From a virus: a DNA stretch of 28,142 bases. Made by a program: the position numbers and the translations under genes. The first letter of the stretch is position 1, and each line of letters begins with the position of its first letter. The stretch is from the IMG/VR virus record IMGVR_UViG_3300045988_090680; one strand, 5' to 3'. The notes beneath the pieces were generated by a model, which was not told the origin of the DNA, did no database searches, and saw nothing but the letters and a program-made list of their open reading frames with translations. Positions 1 through 7,887 of this stretch are shown here, piece after piece.

Positions 1-47
1 GAGATCAGCCTCGGTCTCGTGGGCTCGGAGATGTGTATAAGAGACAG
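1..47. other. Synthetic Illumina Nextera (Tn5) i7-side adapter, not biological sequence
   Basis: Reads GAGAT + CAGCCTCG + GTCTCGTGGGCTCGG + AGATGTGTATAAGAGACAG: end of P7, 8-nt index slot, Nextera read-2 primer site and the 19-bp Tn5 mosaic end. The exact reverse complement sits at 28096-28142. Confidence 0.95.
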
Positions 48-79
48 GTATAATTCATAATAGAAGGGAGGTGAATCAT

Positions 80-577
80 ATGGAGTTGATTTTAAAAGAA
101 ATTGAACGGGCATTAGACGCTAAACTTTACTATTTAGCACTACAAGCTTCCCTAACATTGCCCGATATTTGCGGAGCATTGCAATCAGATAACGGAAAAG
201 CAACTGGGGATAAATATATTGCTTGGTATGACACTTACGCAAAAGAACCGGGCAATCTATCTATTTCCGGCAAAGATTGTTACTATTTTCGTTGTTCATA
301 TGTGCATCAAGCACTAACCACACATGAAAAATCTTCATATTCACGAATTATATTTTTAGCACCAACTTGTCATGGCATAATTATGCATAACAATGTTATA
401 AATGGTGCCTTAAATATTGATGTTAAGCGTTTTTGCAATAATATTCTTAATGCAGTACGCAAATGGCAGAAATTAATCAAAAATAATGAAAACTATAAAA
501 GAAATTACAAAAATCTCATTAAACTTTACCCAGATGGACTTCCACCATATATAACCGGCATACCCGTAATTTCGTAA
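80..577 (+). CDS. Hypothetical helical protein with an Rx4H (HEPN-like) motif; AT-rich moron beyond the lysis genes
   Basis: The track ORF 71..577 starts at a GTG inside the SD. The better start is GGGAGGTG (66-73) + 6 nt + ATG at 80 (165 aa). FRCSYVHQ gives R71-x4-H76 (nt 290-307). TATAAT at 49-54, with the -35 lost at the adapter junction. It is on the opposite strand to all neighbours and is followed by a terminator. Confidence 0.75.
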   Translation: MELILKEIERALDAKLYYLALQASLTLPDICGALQSDNGKATGDKYIAWYDTYAKEPGNLSISGKDCYYFRCSYVHQALTTHEKSSYSRIIFLAPTCHGIIMHNNVINGALNIDVKRFCNNILNAVRKWQKLIKNNENYKRNYKNLIKLYPDGLPPYITGIPVIS

Positions 578-596
578 CAATAATCTAAAAAACATA

Positions 597-634
597 GATA
601 GTCCAGAAGAAATTTAATTTTCAACTGGGCTATC
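597..634. terminator. Bidirectional rho-independent terminator between convergent genes
   Basis: GATAGTCCAG (597-606) pairs with CTGGGCTATC (625-634) with one G-U position. T-runs flank it on both strands (CTTTTATTTT after it on +; TTTTTT after it on -). Confidence 0.6.
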
Positions 635-646
635 CTTTTATTTTAG

Positions 647-859
647 TTAGTTTTCCGAAACTTCGGGCAAACCTGCAATGCTTGTCAGCACAGACAACAC
701 GCCCGCTAAAAGGCTTGCCGAGCCTACTGCAATCCAGTTTACATCTGTCATAACGGCAGACACTCCGATTGTTGCGATAGCCGTCTGAGCAACAGTCTTA
801 ATCGCTCTGACCGCTGTAGCTTTTGCCCACTGTTTTGTAAAAATATTTTTCATCATCAA
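647..859 (-). CDS. Putative phage holin (small, two TM helices)
   Basis: 70 aa with two hydrophobic helices (AVRAIKTVAQTAIATIGVSAV; WIAVGSASLLAGVLSVLTSIAGL) and a charged C-terminus. Last gene of the late operon. The start is one of TTG/ATG/ATG at 859-851, overlapping the upstream stop. Confidence 0.7.
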   Translation of the reverse strand: MMMKNIFTKQWAKATAVRAIKTVAQTAIATIGVSAVMTDVNWIAVGSASLLAGVLSVLTSIAGLPEVSEN

Positions 860-1107
860 TCTTTCCTTTCGTTGTTTTTTTCAAGGTCTTCAATTCTGTG
901 ATTTGCTACCTTAATTTCCTCGTCAACAACAGCGTTGTGCTGTTCAATCGCATATGTACGCTCGATGAGGCTGTTATGCTTGTCAACCTTTTTTTCGAGC
1001 TGTTCAATGCGATAGTTAGACATTCGACTGTTAATCACGATACCCCCAAGAGTACCCACCGCAGAACCTGCAAGCGTGATTAAAGCAATAATGATTTCAG
1101 TTACCAC
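856..1107 (-). CDS. Membrane-anchored coiled-coil protein, lysis-associated (XhlA-like position, but TM at the N-terminus)
   Basis: 83 aa. N-terminal TM (IIIALITLAGSAVGTLGGIVI) followed by heptad-like charged helix. GTG start at 1107 with GAGGTG 6 nt upstream. 4-nt overlap with the holin. Confidence 0.55.
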   Translation of the reverse strand: MVTEIIIALITLAGSAVGTLGGIVINSRMSNYRIEQLEKKVDKHNSLIERTYAIEQHNAVVDEEIKVANHRIEDLEKNNERKD

Positions 1108-1110
1108 TTA

Positions 1111-1359
1111 TTACACCTCGCTTTCTGTCGGCTCGTCGATGGTTGGACTATCGCCCCACACCGCCATAACGGCATTGAAGTATTCGTCTGACAGCACCGT
1201 TTTAAGCTGTTCTCTGCCGGATTCGTCGTTCATATATGCATTGCGGATGTTTCCGCCGACCTGCATTTCTTCACCGTTAAAGGTCAAAAACTGCTGTCTG
1301 AGTACCGAAACGCTGTCCCTTGTGAGCATATCCAGTGTGATTTTTTCTTTAAGTTCCAT
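1111..1359 (-). CDS. Hypothetical protein downstream of the receptor-binding protein
   Basis: 82-aa ORF in operon context between the RBP and the lysis genes. No motif recognised. Confidence 0.6.
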   Translation of the reverse strand: MELKEKITLDMLTRDSVSVLRQQFLTFNGEEMQVGGNIRNAYMNDESGREQLKTVLSDEYFNAVMAVWGDSPTIDEPTESEV

Positions 1360-1373
1360 TTTTCATACCTCCG

Positions 1374-2348
1374 TTATTTAATTTTGTACGAACAAATCAC
1401 ATTGATTTGTTCGCCGTCTGCGAATGTGTAAGCCGTCTTATCCTGTGTCTGAAACTGCAACCAAGTGTTATTTTTTAACACAGCAAATTTAAAGACCTTG
1501 CCAAGGTTTGAAATGCCGACACAAAAAACATTGTCCTCGGCAATGCATTTGTACGGCAAATCAATCAGCGGATATGTGCTGTTTGCTCCAATTGTAGCCG
1601 CATTCATTTTGACCGTTGCACTGACGATTACGATGTCACCAATCGTCTTATATGTACAGCTTGCACTTTTGATTTTATCGGTGACGGTTGAATACGGTGT
1701 GAGTGTTGATGTACCACTTTCAATATTTGACGAATCGTATTTAGTCGCCAAGGCGGTTTTATCTGCTTTCACAAGCAGAGCGTTGTAAACTGCTCCACTT
1801 GTGAGATAGCACGGGCTATTATTTTTGGGTTCACTGTCAAACGGCATTGAATTGAGCTTTCGGGCAATACTCTTGTCTGTTTTATCAAGCCTTGCTCCAA
1901 GTGAATTAGAACCGCCTCTTGCGTTTTTGACTTCCTTTGTGATTTCCACAATAGAGCTGGCTCCCGGGAAGGCTTTGCTATCATCGTTGATTACTCTTTT
2001 TCCAATACGTAAACAAACGGTTTCAGCGGTTATGATTTCGTCGCCTTCCATAAGCACAATGTCCATTTTGCAAATACCTGACAAAGCAAGCATTGTGTCT
2101 GTGAGCGTAACTGTGACTACATTATTTTCGGTGTCAACGACAGCGGCTACGCTGTCCGCAACGATTACATCGTCAACCGTAGCATTGACTTTTGCTGACA
2201 TTGTAGAGGCAAGGTCAACAGTTTCACCGTTGACGGTGAACGCAAAATCAATAATGCGTGAGCCTTTGTCGCCCTGTCTGACTTCCAAAATTTCGTAGTT
2301 TTTGCAACTGTTGATTTCGAGTGTCATTTTTGTATGATTAATGTTCAA
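1374..2348 (-). CDS. Baseplate upper protein (BppU)-like N-terminal domain protein; probable receptor-binding protein / tail fibre
   Basis: The N-terminus ...ILEVRQGDKGSRIIDFAFTVNGETVDLAS... matches the QGD..sR signature of the BppU_N Ig-like domain. It lies immediately after Tal. The C-terminal half is unassignable by eye. Confidence 0.65.
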   Translation of the reverse strand: MNINHTKMTLEINSCKNYEILEVRQGDKGSRIIDFAFTVNGETVDLASTMSAKVNATVDDVIVADSVAAVVDTENNVVTVTLTDTMLALSGICKMDIVLMEGDEIITAETVCLRIGKRVINDDSKAFPGASSIVEITKEVKNARGGSNSLGARLDKTDKSIARKLNSMPFDSEPKNNSPCYLTSGAVYNALLVKADKTALATKYDSSNIESGTSTLTPYSTVTDKIKSASCTYKTIGDIVIVSATVKMNAATIGANSTYPLIDLPYKCIAEDNVFCVGISNLGKVFKFAVLKNNTWLQFQTQDKTAYTFADGEQINVICSYKIK

Positions 2349-2359
2349 ATTTTATCACC

Positions 2360-3538
2360 TCATTTAACTATATAATCTGATAACTTTGATTTCGGCGTGC
2401 CAAGTTCAAGGCTGTTCCACCGTTCGAGCACGAAATCATAGTCTGTTTTAATTATTTTCGCTTGTAGACTATCGTTTTCGGTATCGACATAAACACTATC
2501 ACATAAATGCAGTCCAAGCATTTCGGTGAGTGTAGGCGGATAGTCAACTTTTACATTAAGCGTAGGCGCTCCGTTTGTGTTTACGAGTTGTCCTCTTAAA
2601 ACCTGTGCTTGAATATTTAGCTTTTGAATCAAGAAGTCCTTATTCTCGCCTGTGTGGGCGTTGAAATCCCAGTAGCCTGTTTCGTCGCCGATGTAGACCG
2701 AACCGCCGTCCGAAACATCAACCGTTTTCACTTTAATGAGCTTAGATTTATGGGTTTTGAGTTCTTGCGGTTGTGAGCAGAGGATGACGTTCTTGTCGTT
2801 GTATTTGTCGTGGCAAGTGGCATACGCCGCAACATGAGAGCAGATGTCATCTGAGTTAAGCGTTTGCGTAAGACTGCTAATATTACTGCCCCAGCGCAAA
2901 TGGTAGTTTGTAACCACCCCACGGTTTTTTAGCAACGATACATTAAAATTGTCGTATTTATATTCGCCGCCGAAAACATCAACGAGTGAACCGTCAGCCC
3001 CGCCCATAAAATCTCCGAGCGTGCAAGGCGTACAGAAGCCAAGCGTCATAGATGATTTTGTGGTAATATCTGATACGAATTTGAAATAATGCTCCCACAA
3101 GGTTGCCTGCGCAAACAGCGAATCACCCTCAAAATCACGACCTGTGCAAAGAATATCCCACCACTCTTTTGGAGTATGTACAACATCTGTCTGATTCTGA
3201 GTTTCAACTAAAAAATTATTGTACAGGTTATGTTTAATGTGCTTTGCTTTTACCGTGATTGATTTCTTGTCTTTGTACTGCAAATCGTAAATCTCAAAAT
3301 ACTGCGGTTCATCGGTTGGGTTCGGTTTTACCTTAATGAAATACTGCGTGTCGAGTAAAGCACCACATCTGTCCGTTGTTGATAACTCCATTTCGAGCAG
3401 ATAATCGCCATTTCGTTCCTCGGTGACTTTGCCGCTGATTATTTCTGTAATCCGTCCGAGCAAATTAAATCTACTTGGGCCGATTGTTTTAAAATCCGAT
3501 TTATACAACAAAGGGAACACTTTTACAATCGCCTCCAA
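2360..3538 (-). CDS. Tail-associated (Tal-like) tip/baseplate hub protein, N-terminal structural domain only
   Basis: 392 aa. N-terminus (...LLGRITEIISGKVTEERNGDYLLEMELS...QYFEIYDL...ITVKAKHIKHNLY) resembles the phage minor structural protein N-terminal / prophage-tail family. Its position after Dit supports the call. Confidence 0.7.
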   Translation of the reverse strand: MEAIVKVFPLLYKSDFKTIGPSRFNLLGRITEIISGKVTEERNGDYLLEMELSTTDRCGALLDTQYFIKVKPNPTDEPQYFEIYDLQYKDKKSITVKAKHIKHNLYNNFLVETQNQTDVVHTPKEWWDILCTGRDFEGDSLFAQATLWEHYFKFVSDITTKSSMTLGFCTPCTLGDFMGGADGSLVDVFGGEYKYDNFNVSLLKNRGVVTNYHLRWGSNISSLTQTLNSDDICSHVAAYATCHDKYNDKNVILCSQPQELKTHKSKLIKVKTVDVSDGGSVYIGDETGYWDFNAHTGENKDFLIQKLNIQAQVLRGQLVNTNGAPTLNVKVDYPPTLTEMLGLHLCDSVYVDTENDSLQAKIIKTDYDFVLERWNSLELGTPKSKLSDYIVK

Positions 3539-4278
3539 TTTGGTTTTATCGACAGAAACGCGTTTTTATATGTCGTTACTACAATTTGATTGTCTCCGAC
3601 CTTTAACTTAGGGGGGATAGTATCGTCAACAAATTTAGTTGTACCGTCTGATTTGTACGCTATGTACTGCATAGTTTCGCCGTCAAGCACGGCGTAGTCA
3701 TAATCAGCTGTGCACTTCAAACCAAGTGATTCACCGTTTATGTTAACTTTAGCAACTGCCGTAGTGCCACCGCTCACATTCGTGTTAGTTATGATGATAG
3801 TAGGTAAGGATTCATATTGTTCGGGATTGTGCAAGGAAACCGATTTATTAACTTCAAAATCAATAGTCCGCTGTCCAAGCTCTGAGTACCACCACGGCTT
3901 GCGGTTGAATTTGATTTTTGTTGTAAGTAATGTTGGGAGTTCACGAACAATGTCGTCAGTATTTGATATGTAAGCCTCGGTGAAATATCCGGGATTGTAA
4001 GTGTCCTTGTACTTTTGGTAGCCTCGAGTTAAAGTTAGCCATTCGATAACAGCCCTTGCAAGGTGCTTTGCTGACAGTTCGGATAAATACGGCAAAAAGG
4101 AGATTTCACGCTCAAATTCAACATTCTTCCACCGCCCGTTATCAAGCAAGACATCACCGTCTCTACACGGGATTTCAACCGTTGAAACATCTCTGACGGG
4201 GATTTCGTGCTGTGGCGCTTGTGTGATACGACCCCCGAAATATGATAGCCATTTACCCCCGAAATAAAAGTTATGCAT
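3523..4278 (-). CDS. Distal tail protein (Dit; siphovirus tail component family)
   Basis: 251 aa immediately downstream of the tape measure and overlapping it by 8 nt. The N-terminus FGGKWLSYFGG...EIP.RDG is typical of the phage tail family. Confidence 0.7.
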   Translation of the reverse strand: MHNFYFGGKWLSYFGGRITQAPQHEIPVRDVSTVEIPCRDGDVLLDNGRWKNVEFEREISFLPYLSELSAKHLARAVIEWLTLTRGYQKYKDTYNPGYFTEAYISNTDDIVRELPTLLTTKIKFNRKPWWYSELGQRTIDFEVNKSVSLHNPEQYESLPTIIITNTNVSGGTTAVAKVNINGESLGLKCTADYDYAVLDGETMQYIAYKSDGTTKFVDDTIPPKLKVGDNQIVVTTYKNAFLSIKPNWRRL

Positions 4279-6214
4279 ATGCTTTCTGCCTCCTTGTGAT
4301 TTCGTCAGCTAACCGATTGCTCATTTCAGCAACAAAGCTGTCAACGTCCATGTCATTGTTAATAGCGACCGAGGGGATATTAACACTTATGTTGTTGACG
4401 ATGTTAGTTGAATCATTTCCAAATACTGAGCCTCTGTCTTCACGCTTAGACTGGCGGTATTTCTCGGCTTCTTGAGCTGTGAGAACTGCTTCGCCGGCAT
4501 CAAGATATGCGACAAACTTATCATGTGGAACATAATCAATACCTGCACGGAAACGAGGTAAGGTCACTTCCGGAATCGGATCTATTTCCCAGCCTATCAT
4601 TGATGTTGCCCAGTTTACGCCCTCCAAGAGCTTGTTAATAATCCAAATAATGCCGTTGATTACATTCTCAACAAATGTAGGTAAAAGGTTAAATACGTTT
4701 TTGAAGATGTTAACAACACCGTTCCACGCTTGTTCCCAGTTTCCCGAAAAAACACCTTTTACAAAATCCACAATTCCATTAAAAATCCCCGAAAGCGGTT
4801 CAAGAATTTTTTTGACTCCTTTAATTGCACCGCCTAAAACCTCCGAAAAGATTTGCGCCAACCATTCAATCACCGGAACAAGCGCAGGGATAAGTGTTTC
4901 AAGCATTTCACCGAGTAGGTCAAGAACCGGGCGAAGAGCGTCAAAAACCTGTGTTATGACAGGCGACAGCTGTTCAAAAACAGGCTGTAGAATGCCGACA
5001 ATTGTATCGCACAACTCACTGATAATCGGGATAAGAGGTGTTAAAAGGTCATTAAGAAATGTAGCTAAGTCCTCTATAATCGGAGTAAGTGCCGCCAACA
5101 ATCCATTGAGCAATACGCCGGCAAGCTGAACGAACACCTCAATAACGGGCATTAAGAGTTCTACAAGCGTACTGAATAATGGCATTATAGCCTGAATTAT
5201 CTGCATGAAATACGGTAATAAGTCCTGTATAATTTGCAGTAAAGGCGGAAACAATTGTTCAACAATCTGTATGATGAGAGGGGCTAACTGCTCTATAAGC
5301 TGAGCTATAAACGGGAGCAATTCCTCAATCAAGGGCATAATCTGTTCAAGCATTGACACGATTATCGGGGCGACCTCTTCGCAGATGTTAATGAGCGCAG
5401 GCGCAAGGCTATCAGCTACAACTTCAATAATCGGTGATAACTGCTCCAGTAGCTTACCGCCTAAGCCGATAAGCGAATTAAGCACAGGTTCAGCGACAGC
5501 ACCGATTTGCGCCATTGTATCAGACAGCTGCTGATGAGCCCTGTTAGATTCCATTACATCGCCATTTGTTTCCTTGTACTGAGCAGAGGCATCCGAATAC
5601 AAGCTTGTGAGAGTTGATGTGATTAACTGCTGTCTTTCTTGTTCTGATGAGCATTTAGCAAGTTTTTCATTAAATTCATCTTCTGACACGCCCATCCAGT
5701 TAAGCGCATCGGCAAGCGAACCTGTTACAGTCCCGACTTTTGCTGTTTCGTTTGCCGCCTCGGTCAAGCCTTCAATCGGAAGCGAATCGCCGAACTGACC
5801 GTAAACACCTGTGCAAATCTCTGTCCAACTTTGCAGGTCTTTTGTGGAATCGCAAAGCAATGATAAATGATTAGCCGCCTCAGTTGCCTGTCCGCTGTCA
5901 CCGACTACGGCATACAAGTCAGAGTAAGTCTGTTTTGCGTCTGCCGCTGAGAATTTGTTAGTGGTGAAAGCTGTGTCAAGTTTTCCCATTTCCGTTCGGT
6001 ATTCTCGGGTGCTCTCTGCGACAGTGGACAATGCTCCTACGCCTGCCGCCGCTCCACCTACAAGTGCAGTTCCCCATTTAGCAGCAGTTTTTATTCCACT
6101 ACCGAGCGTTGAAGCAACGCCCTTGCTTTTCTTCTCGGTCTCTGCAATGGATTTGTTTGCTTCATCGTTATTTACGAATATCGAGCCGAACAACTTAAAT
6201 ATTTCAACAGCCAT
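4271..6214 (-). CDS. Tape measure protein
   Basis: 647 aa and the largest structural ORF, located after the G/GT chaperones. Ala/Gly-rich TM-like N-region and a long helical core with 11-residue Pro-initiated repeats. Confidence 0.9.
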   Translation of the reverse strand: MAVEIFKLFGSIFVNNDEANKSIAETEKKSKGVASTLGSGIKTAAKWGTALVGGAAAGVGALSTVAESTREYRTEMGKLDTAFTTNKFSAADAKQTYSDLYAVVGDSGQATEAANHLSLLCDSTKDLQSWTEICTGVYGQFGDSLPIEGLTEAANETAKVGTVTGSLADALNWMGVSEDEFNEKLAKCSSEQERQQLITSTLTSLYSDASAQYKETNGDVMESNRAHQQLSDTMAQIGAVAEPVLNSLIGLGGKLLEQLSPIIEVVADSLAPALINICEEVAPIIVSMLEQIMPLIEELLPFIAQLIEQLAPLIIQIVEQLFPPLLQIIQDLLPYFMQIIQAIMPLFSTLVELLMPVIEVFVQLAGVLLNGLLAALTPIIEDLATFLNDLLTPLIPIISELCDTIVGILQPVFEQLSPVITQVFDALRPVLDLLGEMLETLIPALVPVIEWLAQIFSEVLGGAIKGVKKILEPLSGIFNGIVDFVKGVFSGNWEQAWNGVVNIFKNVFNLLPTFVENVINGIIWIINKLLEGVNWATSMIGWEIDPIPEVTLPRFRAGIDYVPHDKFVAYLDAGEAVLTAQEAEKYRQSKREDRGSVFGNDSTNIVNNISVNIPSVAINNDMDVDSFVAEMSNRLADEITRRQKAYA

Positions 6215-6217
6215 TAA

Positions 6218-6870
6218 CTACACCTCCTCCCATTTATAATTGTCAAGGTAGTTTTCAACCGTTTTTTCAATTTCTTCCGTATTGACCGTATCAACAATGT
6301 TATTAGGCCGTGTCGAGCCTGTTGCCTTGTTAACGAAATCCGTGTACAACAAGCCTGTGAAATTTCCCACAACAGTCAAAATATAGGCTTTGTAAAGCAA
6401 TTCGTCATTACGGTCATTTATAGCGTTTTTGATAATTTCGACAGCATTGGAGAAAGACAACTCATGCAGTATGGCAGTATTACCGCAACAATACTGCATG
6501 AGCATTCCAAATGTTCTTACTTCAAGGCTGAGAGCGAGGTAAAAAAACTCTTAATATCGTTCTCCCTGATGATTGCCTTTACATTGTCAAGGACTTCGGG
6601 AATACTTAATTTACTTACCTCATCGGCAGTAATGTCGCCTCTGATGTCGGCAAGTAATGAATAGAATTCCTGTTCTGTTTCTTTGGTTGCCAAAGAAGTT
6701 AACAGAGTAATCACAAATTCAAGACCGACCGCTTCGGTGTTGACTGTTTCATCTTTGCTGTTATTTTTAATAGCGATACGATTTGCAAAGTCTGCAATTT
6801 CCTCTTTGATGTCTGCTTTTTTGATAATGCGAGCAAGAGTGAATGCGTCTTTAATGCTTAATTTTCTCAT
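6218..6870 (-). CDS. Tail assembly chaperone GT-type fusion made by -1 programmed frameshift
   Basis: The zero frame AGT TTT TTT ACC carries T_TTT_TTT at 6547..6541. A -1 slip reads TAC CTC GCT CTC AGC CTT GAA GTA AGA ACA TTT GGA ATG... with no stop, running into the 6218..6505 ORF. Frame arithmetic was checked: 6870 mod 3 = 0 and 6505 mod 3 = 1. Confidence 0.75.
6517..6870 (-). CDS. Tail assembly chaperone (G-like, zero-frame product)
   Basis: 117-aa acidic helical ORF between the major tail protein and the tape measure, which is the canonical position. Confidence 0.75.
   Translation of the reverse strand: MRKLSIKDAFTLARIIKKADIKEEIADFANRIAIKNNSKDETVNTEAVGLEFVITLLTSLATKETEQEFYSLLADIRGDITADEVSKLSIPEVLDNVKAIIRENDIKSFFTSLSALK
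6541..6547 (-). promoter_or_regulatory. Slippery heptamer U_UUU_UUU for -1 ribosomal frameshifting
   Basis: Seven consecutive A on the + strand (T on the coding strand), in the X_XXY_YYZ phase of the G frame, 8 codons before the G stop. Confidence 0.75.
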
Positions 6871-6872
6871 AA

Positions 6873-7526
6873 TTATGCCTCCGATGTTTCCGTTGTTTCC
6901 GTTTTTTCTGTCGGTCTGAAGATCTTAAACGGTGGTTTGATTTCGTCCTCTGAATCGTAAACTCCGGGTGAAAGGTTACCATAGAACTGAGCTTCTACCT
7001 TACCGTTGTCCTTATCTGCAATTGCAAGCGTGAGACCGTTCTCATTGAAGCCGTTGAACACCTGAATAATACACGGCTTATCCTCCCCGAGGAGACAGCC
7101 TACCCAAGTGATATTCTTAATGTAGTCACCGTCAAGAATAACATCTCTACCCGTGATTACATCGTAGCCTACGACCTTTTCGACTGTGCCTTTGTCGGCA
7201 ATTCCAAGGCCATAAATGAAGTTCTGGGTAGTCATCTCAGCAAGTGTTGCCTTGATGTAAACTTCCCAACCGTCAACTACTGTGTCGCCTTTAGTTCTTG
7301 TTTTTACGCCGTCAAATTCAAGGCGTCTGAGTGTCGGCTTTGCGGAAAATTCACCGCCTTTGATTGTTACACCAAGACACTTACCTGCCTTTTTAGCACT
7401 TGCATATGTGTCCGTAGCAGGATCGTAATTTGCGAAAAACGCACCTGCATCAAGGAGCATATGGTCAGCCGTCTTAGCGTTATAACCGCTGTACGGCTTA
7501 ATCTTTCGTGGCTTAACTGTTGCCAT
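6873..7526 (-). CDS. Major tail protein
   Basis: About 217 aa, placed between the tail terminator and the chaperones. The second ATG (7526, MATVKPRK...) has AGAAAGGA 8 nt upstream; the track start at 7535 lacks spacing. Confidence 0.7.
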   Translation of the reverse strand: MATVKPRKIKPYSGYNAKTADHMLLDAGAFFANYDPATDTYASAKKAGKCLGVTIKGGEFSAKPTLRRLEFDGVKTRTKGDTVVDGWEVYIKATLAEMTTQNFIYGLGIADKGTVEKVVGYDVITGRDVILDGDYIKNITWVGCLLGEDKPCIIQVFNGFNENGLTLAIADKDNGKVEAQFYGNLSPGVYDSEDEIKPPFKIFRPTEKTETTETSEA

Positions 7527-7527
7527 T

Positions 7528-7887
7528 TTAATCATCCTTTCTGTTGTATTTCCTCATTTCAAGAGTGAACATCACTCTCTTTATTGATTTGTCTGATTCG
7601 GCAATATACTGCCGGTCAAAATTGTTGTAGAATTTGTAAAAAACATCATCAACCAAGTATGTAGCCTTTGCTATGTTGTCGTAGATTTTGTCCACAACAT
7701 CATCAATGTCCGCCGTAGTCTGCCTATCATAAACATTAACGGTCACAACAAACTTGTCATACGGCTCATCCGTGTAGAGCTGTTTAACCTCATATACAAG
7801 GCGAGGAAATCCGCTTTCTGCTTGTAAAAAATAAGAGGGTGCATACTCAGCAAATAAATTTTTCAAAAATTTCTTGATATTATTCAC
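7528..7887 (-). CDS. Tail completion / tail terminator-like protein (mainly by position)
   Basis: 119 aa between the gp10-like protein and the major tail protein. GTG start at 7887 overlaps the upstream stop (GGTGAATAA). Confidence 0.45.
   Translation of the reverse strand: MNNIKKFLKNLFAEYAPSYFLQAESGFPRLVYEVKQLYTDEPYDKFVVTVNVYDRQTTADIDDVVDKIYDNIAKATYLVDDVFYKFYNNFDRQYIAESDKSIKRVMFTLEMRKYNRKDD

Noticed and set aside
71-577. The + strand ORF next to the holin as the missing endolysin
   Set aside because: It is on the opposite strand and separated from the holin by a terminator. It has no catalytic signature of amidase, lysozyme, CHAP or peptidase families and no cell-wall-binding repeats.
4800-5410. 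Periodic sequence in the tape measure gene as a possible CRISPR array or DNA tandem repeat
   Set aside because: The periodicity is at the protein level (33 nt, degenerate at the DNA level) inside one continuous ORF. There are no identical repeats or unique spacers.
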